Assembly (NCBI GenBank): GCA_964016885.1
Contig: OZ024741.1
Span: forward strand, 405,728,001-405,792,000
From: Eledone cirrhosa
Taxonomy: Eukaryota
DNA: 64,000 nt
Direction of reading: 5' to 3'
Positions 55,620-64,000 of this stretch are shown one piece after another. The position numbers and the translations under genes are program-made. The notes below the pieces were generated by a model, which saw only the letters and a list, made by a program, of their open reading frames with translations, was not told where the DNA came from and ran no database searches. Position 1 is the first letter of the stretch. The number at the start of each line of letters is the position of its first letter.

Positions 55620-57260
55620 CTGGTCTATTTCAGGTTATTGAGATTAGGGAGAATTGTAGACAACCTTAAAGTATTTAGGTTCATACTGCCTGGTTTATTT
55701 CAGGTTATTGAGATTAGGGAGAATTGTAGACTAGCTGAAAGTATTTAGGTTCATACTGCCTGGTTTATTTCAGGTTATTGAGATTGGAAGAATTGTAGAC
55801 TAGCTGAAAGTAATTAGGTTCATACTGCCTGGTCTATTTCAGGTTATTGAAATTGGGAGAATTGTAGACTAGCTGAAAATATTTAGGTTCACTGCCTGGT
55901 CTATTTCAGTTATTGAGATTGGGAGAATTGTAGACTAGCTGAAAGTATTTAGGTTCATACTGCCTGGTTTATTTCACGTTATTGAGATTAGGGACAATTG
56001 TAGACTAGCTGAAAATATTTAGGTTCATACTGCCTGGTCTATTTCAGGTTATTGGGATTAGGGAGAAGTGTAGACTAACTGAAAGTATTTAGGTTCATAC
56101 TGCCTGGTCTATTTCAGGTTATTGAGATTAGGGAGAATTGTTGACTAACTGAAAATATTTAGGTTCATACTTCCTGGTCTATTTCAGGTTATTGGGATTA
56201 GGGAGAATTGTAGACTACCTTAAAGTATTTATGTTCATTCTGCCTGGTCTATTTCAGGTTATTGAGATTAGGGAGAATTGTAGACTAGCTGAAAATATTT
56301 AGGTTCATACTTCCTGGTCTATTTCAGGTTATTGGGATTAGGGAGAATTGTAGACTAGCTGAAAGTATTTAGGTTCATACTGCCTGGTCTATTTCAGGTT
56401 ATTGAGATTAGGGAGAATTGTTGACTAACTGAAAATATTTAGGTTCATACTTCCTGGTCTATTTCAGGTTATTGGGATTAGGGAGAATTGTAGACTACCT
56501 TAAAGTATTTATGTTCATTCTGCCTGGTCTATTTCAGGTTATTGAGATTAGGGAGAATTGTAGACTAGCTGAAAATATTTAGGTTGATACTGCCTGGTTT
56601 ATTTCAGGTTATTAAGATTGGAAGAATTGTAGACTAGCTGAAAGTAATTAGGTTCATACTGCCTGGTCTATTTCAGGTTATTGAAATTGGGAGAATTGTA
56701 GACTAGCTGAAAGTATTTAGGTTCATACTGCCTGGTCTATTTCAGTTATTGAGATTGGAAAAATTGTAGACTAGCTGAAAGTATTTAGGTTCAAACTGCC
56801 TGGTTCATTTCAGGTTATTGAGATTAGGGAGAATTGTAGACTACCTTAAAGTATTTAGGTTCATACTGCCTGGTTTATTTCAGGTTATTGAGATTAGGGA
56901 GAATTGTAGACTAGCTGAAAGTATTTAGGTTCATACTGCCTGGTTTATTTCAGGTTATTGAGATTGGAAGAATTGTAGACTAGCTGAAAGTAATTAGGTT
57001 CATACTGCCTGGTCTATTTCAGGTTATTGAAATTGGGAGAATTGTAGACTATCTGAAAATATTTAGGTTCACTGCCTGGTCTATTTCAGTTATTGAGATT
57101 GGGAGAATTGTAGACTAGCTGAAAGTATTTAGGTTCATACTGCCTGGTTTATTTCACGTTATTGAGATTAGGGACAATTGTAGACTAGCTGAAAATATTT
57201 AGGTTCATACTGCCTGGTCTATTTCAGGTTATTGGGATTAGGGAGAAGTGTAGACTAGCT
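55620..57260. repeat. Duplication with 1,180-bp (~17 monomer) offset carrying a 66-bp monomer
   Basis: The 2-bp deletion variant GGTTC|ACTGCC at 55891/57071 and ATTTCACGTT at 55971/57151. Confidence 0.87.
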
Positions 57261-57399
57261 GAAAGTATTTAGGTTCATACTGCCTGGTCTATTTCAGGTT
57301 ATTGAGATTAGGGAGGATTGTAGACTAGCTGAAAGTATTTAGGTTGATACTGCCTGGTTTATTTCAGGTTATTGAGATTAGGGAGAATTGTAGACTAGC

Positions 57400-60300
57400 T
57401 GAAAATATTTAGGTTCATACTGCCTGGTCTATTTCAGGTAATTGGGATTAGGGAGAAGTGTAGACTAACTGAAAGTATTTAGGATAATACTGCCTGGTCT
57501 ATTTCAGGTTATTGAGATTGGAAGAATTGTAGACTAGCTGAACATATTTAGGTTCATACTGCCTGGTCTATTTCAGGTTATTGAGATTGTAAGAATTGTA
57601 GACTATCTGAAAGTATTTAGGTTCATACTGCCTGGTTTATTTCAGGTTATTGAGATTAGGGAGAATTGTAGACTAGCTGAAAGTATTTAGATTAATACTG
57701 CTTGGTCTATTTCAGGTTATTGAGATTAGGGAGAATTGTAGACTACCTGAAAATATTTAGGTTCATTCTGCCTGGTCTATTTCAGGTTATTGAGATTAGG
57801 GACAATTGTAGACTAGCTGAAAGTATTTAGGTTCATACTGCCTGGTCTATTTCAGGTTATTGAGATTGGGAGAATTGTAGACTAGCTGAAAGTATTTAGG
57901 TTCATACTGCCTGGTTTATTTCAGGTTATTGATTTTAGGGAGTATATGTAGACTAGCTGAAAGTATTTAGGTTCATACTGCCTGGCCTATTTCAGGTTAT
58001 TGGGATTAGGGAGAAGTGTAGACTAACTGAAAGTATTTAGGTTCATACTGCCTGGTCTATTTCAGGTTATTGAGATTAGGGAGAATTGTTGACTAACTGA
58101 AAATATTTAGGTTCATACTTCCTGGTCTATTTCAGGTTATTGGGATTAGGGAGAATTGTAGACTACCTTAAAGTATTTATGTTCATTCTGCCTGGTCTAT
58201 TTCAGGTTATTGAGATTAGGGAGAATTGTAGACTAGCTGAAAATATTTAGGTTCATACTTCCTGGTCTATTTCAGGTTATTGGGATTAGGGAGAATTGTA
58301 GACTAGCTGAAAGTATTTAGGTTCATACTGCCTGGTCTATTTCAGGTTATTGAGATTAGGGAGAATTGTAGACTACCTTAAAGTATTTATGTTCATTCTG
58401 CCTGGTCTATTTCAGGTTATTGAGATTAGGGAGAATTGTAGACTAGCTGAAAATATTTAGGTTGATACTGCCTGGTTTATTTCAGGTTATTGAGATTGGG
58501 AGAATTGTAGACTAGCTGAAAGTATTTAGGTTCATACTGCCTGGTTTATTTCAGGTTATTGAGATTAGGAATAATTGTAGACTAGCTGAAAGTATTTAGG
58601 TTCATAGTGCCTGGTTTATCTCAGGTTATTGAGATTAGGGAGAATTGTAGACTAGCTGAAAGTATTTAGGTTCATACTGCCTGGTTTATTTCAGGTTATT
58701 AAGATTGGGAGAATTGTAGACTAGCTGAAAGTATTTAGGTTCATACTGCCTGGTCTATTTCAGTTATTGAGATTGGAAAAATTGTAGACTAGCTGAAAGT
58801 ATTTAGGTTCAAACTGCCTGGTTCATTTCAGGTTATTGAGATTAGGGAGAATTGTAGACTAGCTGCACGTATTTAGGTTCATACTGCCGGGTCTATTTCA
58901 GGTTATTGAGATTAGGGAGAATTGTAGACTAGATGAACGTATTTAGGTTCATACTGCCTAGTCTATTTTTGGTTATTGAGATTAGGAAGAATTGTAGACT
59001 AGCTGAAAGTATTTAGGTTCATACTGCCTGGTTTATTTCAGGTTATTGAGATTAGGAAGAATTGTAGACTAGCTGAAAATATTTAGGTTCATACTGCCTG
59101 GTTTATTTCAGGTTATTGAGATTAGGAAGAATTGTAGACTAGCTGAAAGTATATAGGTTCATACTGCCTGGTTTATTTCAGGTCATTGAGATTGGGAGAA
59201 TTGTAGACTAGTTGAAAGTATTTAGGTTCATACTGCCTGGTTTATTTCAGGTTATTGAGATTAGAAGAATTGTAGATTAGCTGATAATATTTAGGTTTAT
59301 ACTGCCTTGTCCGTTTCAGGTTATTGAGATTAGGGAGAATTGTAGACTAGCAGAAAGTATTTAGGTTCATACTGCCTGGTTTATTTCAGGTTATTGAGAT
59401 TGGGAGAATTGTAGACTAGCTGAAAGTATTTAGGTTCATACTGCCTGGTTTATTTCAGGTTATTGAGATTAGGGACAATTGTAGACTAGCTGAAAATATT
59501 TAGGTTCATACTGCCTGGTCTATTTCAGGTTATTGGGATTAGGGAGAAGTGTAGACTAGCTGAAAGTATTTAGGTTCATACTGCCTGGTCTATTTCAGGT
59601 TATTGAGATTAGGGAGGATTGTAGACTAGCTGAAAGTATTTAGGTTGATACTGCCTGGTTTATTTCAGGTTATTGAGATTGGAAGAATTGTAGACTAGCT
59701 GAACATATTTAGGTTCATACTGCCTGGTTTATTTCAGGTTATTGATATTAGGGAGAATTGTAGACTACCTGAAAATATTTAGGTTCATTCTGCCTGGTCT
59801 ATTTCAGGTTATTGAGATTAGGGACAATTATAGACTAGCTGAAAGTATTTAGGTTCATACTGCCTGGTTTATTTCAGGTTATTGAGATTGGGAGAATTGT
59901 AGACTAGCTGAAAGTATTTAGGTTCATACTGCCTGGTTTATTTCAGGTTATTGATATTAGGGAGAATTGTAGACTAGCTGAAAGTATTTAGGTTCATACT
60001 GCCTGGCCTATTTCAGTTTATTGGGATTAGGGAGAAGTGTAGACTAACTGAAAGTATTTAGGATAATACTGCCTGGTTTATTTCAGGTTATTGAGATTAG
60101 GGAGAATTGTAGACTAGCTGAAAGTATTTAGGTTCATACTGCCTGGTCTATTTCAGGTTATTGAGATTAGGGAGAATTGTTGACTAACTGAAAATATTTA
60201 GGTTCATACTTCCTGGTCAATTTCAGGTTATTGGGATTAGGGAGAATTGTAGACTAGCTGAAAGTATTTAGGTTCATACTGCCTGGTTTATTTCAGGTTA

Positions 60301-63300
60301 TTGAGATTAGGAATAATTGTAGACTAGCTGAAAGTATTTAGGTTCATACTGCCTGGTTTATTTCAGGTTATTGAAATTGGGAGAATTGTAGACTAGCTGA
60401 AAATATTTAGGTTCATACTGCCTGGTCTATTTCAGGTTATTGGGATTAGGGAGAAGTGTAGACTAACTGAAAGTATTTAGGATAATACTGCCTGGTTTAT
60501 TTCAGGTTATTGAGATTGGAAGAATTGTAGACTAGCTGAACATATTTAGGTTCATACTGCCTGGTCTATTTCAGGTTATTGAGATTGTAAGAATTGTAGA
60601 CTATCTGAAAGTATTTAGGTTCATACTGCCTGGTTTATTTTAGGTTATTGAGATTAGGGAGAATTGTAGACTAGCTGAAAGTATTTAGATTAATACTGCT
60701 TGGTCTATTTCAGGTTATTGAGATTAGGGAGAATTGTAGACTACCTGAAAATATTTAGGTTCATTCTGCCTGGTCTATTTCAGGTTATTGAGATTAGGGA
60801 CAATTGTAGACTAGCTGAAAGTATTTAGGTTCATACTGCCTGGTCTATTTCAGGTTATTGAGATTGGGAGAATTGTAGACTAGCTGAAAGTATTTAGGTT
60901 CATACTGCCTGGTTTATTTCAGGTTATTGATTTTAGGGAGAATTGTAGACTAGCTGAAAGTATTTAGGTTCATACTGCCTGGCCTATTTCAGGTTATTGG
61001 GATTAGGGAGAAGTGTAGACTAACTGAAAGTATTTAGGTTCATACTGCCTGGTCTATTTCAGGTTATTGAGATTAGGGAGAATTGTTGACTAACTGAAAA
61101 TATTTAGGTTCATACTTCCTGGTCTATTTCAGGTTATTGGGATTAGGGAGAATTGTAGACTACCTTAAAGTATTTATGTTCATTCTGCCTGGTCTATTTC
61201 AGGTTATTGAGATTAGGGAGAATTGTAGACTAGCTGAAAATATTTAGGTTCATACTTCCTGGTCTATTTCAGGTTATTGGGATTAGGGAGAATTGTAGAC
61301 TAGCTGAAAGTATTTAGGTTCATACTGCCTGGTCTATTTCAGGTTATTGAGATTAGGGAGAATTGTTGACTAACTGAAAATATTTAGGTTCATACTTCCT
61401 GGTCTATTTCAGGTTATTGGGATTAGGGAGAATTGTAGACTACCTTAAAGTATTTATGTTCATTCTGCCTGGTCTATTTCAGGTTATTGAGATTAGGGAG
61501 AATTGTAGACTAGCTGAAAATATTTAGGTTGATACTGCCTGGTTTATTTCAGGTTATTGAGATTGGGAGAATTGTAGACTAGCTGAAAGTATTTAGGTTC
61601 ATACTGCCTGGTTTATTTCAGGTTATTGAGATTAGGAATAATTGTAGACTAGCTGAAAGTATTTAGGTTCATAGTGCCTGGTTTATCTCAGGTTATTGAG
61701 ATTAGGGAGAATTGTAGACTAGCTGAAAGTATTTAGGTTCATACTGCCTGGTTTATTTCAGGTTATTAAGATTGGAAGAATTGTAGACTAGCTGAAAGTA
61801 ATTAGGTTCATACTGCCTGGTCTATTTCAGGTTATTGAAATTGGGAGAATTGTAGACTAGCTGAAAGTATTTAGGTTCATACTGCCTGGTCTATTTCAGT
61901 TATTGAGATTGGAAAAATTGTAGACTAGCTGAAAGTATTTAGGTTCAAACTGCCTGGTTCATTTCAGGTTATTGAGATTAGGGAGAATTGTAGACTAGCT
62001 GCACGTATTTAGGTTCATACTGCCGGGTCTATTTCAGGTTATTGAGATTAGGGAGAATTGTAGACTAGCTGAACGTATTTAGGTTCATACTGCCTAGTCT
62101 ATTTTTGGTTATTGAGATTAGGAAGAATTGTAGACTAGCTGAAAGTATTTAGGTTCATACTGCCTGGTTTATTTCAGGTTATTGAGATTAGGAAGAATTG
62201 TAGACTAGCTGAAAATATTTAGGTTCATACTGCCTGGTTTATTTCAGGTTATTGAGATTAGGAAGAATTGTAGACTAGCTGAAAGTATATAGGTTCATAC
62301 TGCCTGGTTTATTTCAGGTCATTGAGATTGGGAGAATTGTAGACTAGTTGAAAGTATTTAGGTTCATACTGCCTGGTTTATTTCAGGTTATTGAGATTAG
62401 AAGAATTGTAGATTAGCTGATAATATTTAGGTTTATACTGCCTTGTCCGTTTCAGGTTATTGAGATTAGGGAGAATTGTAGACTAGCTGAAAGTATTTAG
62501 GTTCATACTGCCTGGTTTATTTCAGGTAATTGAGATTGGGAGAATTGTAGACTAGCTGAAAGTATTTAGGTTCATACTGCCTGGTTTATTTCAGGTTATT
62601 GAGATTAGGGACAATTGTAGACTAGCTGAAAATATTTAGGTTCATACTGCCTGGTCTATTTCAGGTTATTGGGATTAGGGAGAAGTGTAGACTAGCTGAA
62701 AGTATTTAGGTTCATACTGCCTGGTCTATTTCAGGTTATTGAGATTAGGGAGGATTGTAGACTAGCTGAAAGTATTTAGGTTGATACTGCCTGGTTTATT
62801 TCAGGTTATTGAGATTGGAAGAATTGTAGACTAGCTGAACATATTTAGGTTCATACTGCCTGGTTTATTTCAGGTTATTGATATTAGGGAGAATTGTAAA
62901 CTACCTGAAAATATTTAGGTTCATTCTGCCTGGTCTATTTCAGGTTATTGAGATTAGGGACAATTATAGACTAGCTGAAAGTATTTAGGTTCATACTGCC
63001 TGGTTTATTTCAGGTTATTGAGATTGGGAGAATTGTAGACTAGCTGAAAGTATTTAGGTTCATACTGCCTGGTTTATTTCAGGTTATTGATATTAGGGAG
63101 AATTGTAGACTAGCTGAAAGTATTTAGGTTCATACTGCCTGGCCTATTTCAGGTTATTGGGATTAGGGAGAAGTGTAGACTAACTGAAAGTATTTAGGAT
63201 AATACTGCCTGGTTTATTTCAGGTTATTGAGATTAGGGAGAATTGTAGACTAGCTGAAAGTATTTAGGTTCATACTGCCTGGTCTATTTCAGGTTATTGA

Positions 63301-63400
63301 GATTAGGGAGAATTGTTGACTAACTGAAAATATTTAGGTTCATACTTCCTGGTCAATTTCAGGTTATTGGGATTAGGGAGAATTGTAGACTACCTTAAAG
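57400..63400. repeat. Tandem duplication of a ~3.0-3.1-kb (~43-45 monomer) block with whole-monomer indels
   Basis: TTGAGATTGTAAG at 57581/60579 and GATTTTAGGG at 57931/60929 (offset 2998); CTGGTTTATCTC at 58611/61678 (3067); CTGATAATAT at 59281/62417 (3136). Confidence 0.9.
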
Positions 63401-64000
63401 TATTTATGTTCATTCTGCCTGGTCTATTTCAGGTTATTGAGATTAGGGAGAATTGTAGACTAGCTGAAAATATTTAGGTTGATACTGCCTGGTTTATTTC
63501 AGGTTATTGAGATTGGGAGAATTGTAGACTAGCTGAAAGTATTTAGGTTCATACTGCCTGGTTTATTTCAGGTTATTGAGATTAGGAATAATTGTAGACT
63601 AGCTGAAAGTATTTAGGTTCATACTGCCTGGTTTATTTCAGGTTATTGAAATTGGGAGAATTGTAGACTAGCTGAAAGTATTTAGGTTCATACTGCCTGG
63701 TCTATTTCAGGTTATTGGGATTAGGGAGAAGTGTAGACTAGCTGAAAGTATTTAGGTTCATACTGCCTGGTCTATTTCAGGTTATTGAGATTAGGGAGGA
63801 TTGTAGACTAGCTGAAAGTATTTAGGTTGATACTGCCTGGTTTATTTCAGGTTATTGAGATTGGAAGAATTGTAGACTAGCTGAACATATTTAGGTTCAT
63901 ACTGCCTGGTTTATTTCAGGTTATTGATATTAGGGAGAATTGTAGACTACCTGAAAATATTTAGGTTCATTCTGCCTGGTCTATTTCAGGTTATTGAGAT

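Larger units (their letters stand above)
1..64000. repeat. Tandem satellite DNA array, 69/70-bp monomer, about 920 copies in one orientation, extending beyond both window edges
   Basis: Monomer starts (ATACTGCC or a variant) at 1, 71, 140, 209, 279, 349, 419, 488, 557 and so on, continuing to the last line. No non-repeat sequence or reverse-complement monomer was seen. Confidence 0.99.

Noticed and set aside
1-64000. CRISPR array or a similar repeat-spacer system
   Set aside because: The variable part is only 5-6 bp and is drawn from a small recurring allele set. There are no unique spacers, no leader and no cas genes.
1-64000. Giant repetitive protein-coding gene (LRR-like, mucin-like or adhesin-like)
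   Set aside because: The consensus monomer has stop codons in the frames examined on both strands under the standard code, and interspersed 66-71-bp monomers shift the frame constantly. Under code 6 the shifted minus-strand frames still hit TGA.
1-64000. Tandem array of tRNA, 5S rRNA, snRNA or spliced-leader genes
   Set aside because: No cloverleaf, no recognisable Pol III A/B boxes and no gene-plus-spacer layout. The 70-bp size match to tRNA is coincidental.
1-64000. Known motifs: alpha satellite, CENP-B box or telomeric repeats
   Set aside because: The unit is not 171 bp and the consensus lacks the CpG-containing CENP-B box. TTAGGG/TTAGG occurs only as isolated words once or twice per monomer, never as tandem telomeric tracts.
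1-64000. Transposon insertion, inversion or embedded unique island
   Set aside because: Reading through the window showed no break in monomer register and no reverse-orientation monomers.
1-64000. A single regular fixed-length higher-order repeat
   Set aside because: The measured offsets (280, 557, 693, 830, 906, 1041, 1180, 1393, 1600, 2152, ~3000, 11029) share no common multi-monomer period.

Overview
The whole 64 kb window is one uninterrupted head-to-tail satellite DNA array of roughly 920 monomers of 69-70 bp. The 70-bp consensus is ATACTGCCTGGT[T/C]TATTTCAGGTTATTGAGATTAGGGAGAATTGTAGACTAGCTGAAAGTATTTAGGTTC (about 36% GC, no CpG). I see no genes, RNA genes, transposon insertions, inversions or unique sequence, and I cannot assign the organism or a named satellite family; it looks like eukaryotic heterochromatic, possibly (peri)centromeric, DNA. 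The real information lies in the monomer variants. They show (1) three successive variant domains along the array, (2) many irregular multi-monomer tandem duplications of about 0.3-3.1 kb instead of one fixed higher-order repeat, and (3) a very recent 11,029-bp block present three times at 16308-42806 as full, internally deleted (4,441 bp) and full copies. The sequence does not support a new gene system. All offsets were measured by eye from rare marker variants; monomer counts per block are offsets divided by ~69.5, and most block edges are approximate.
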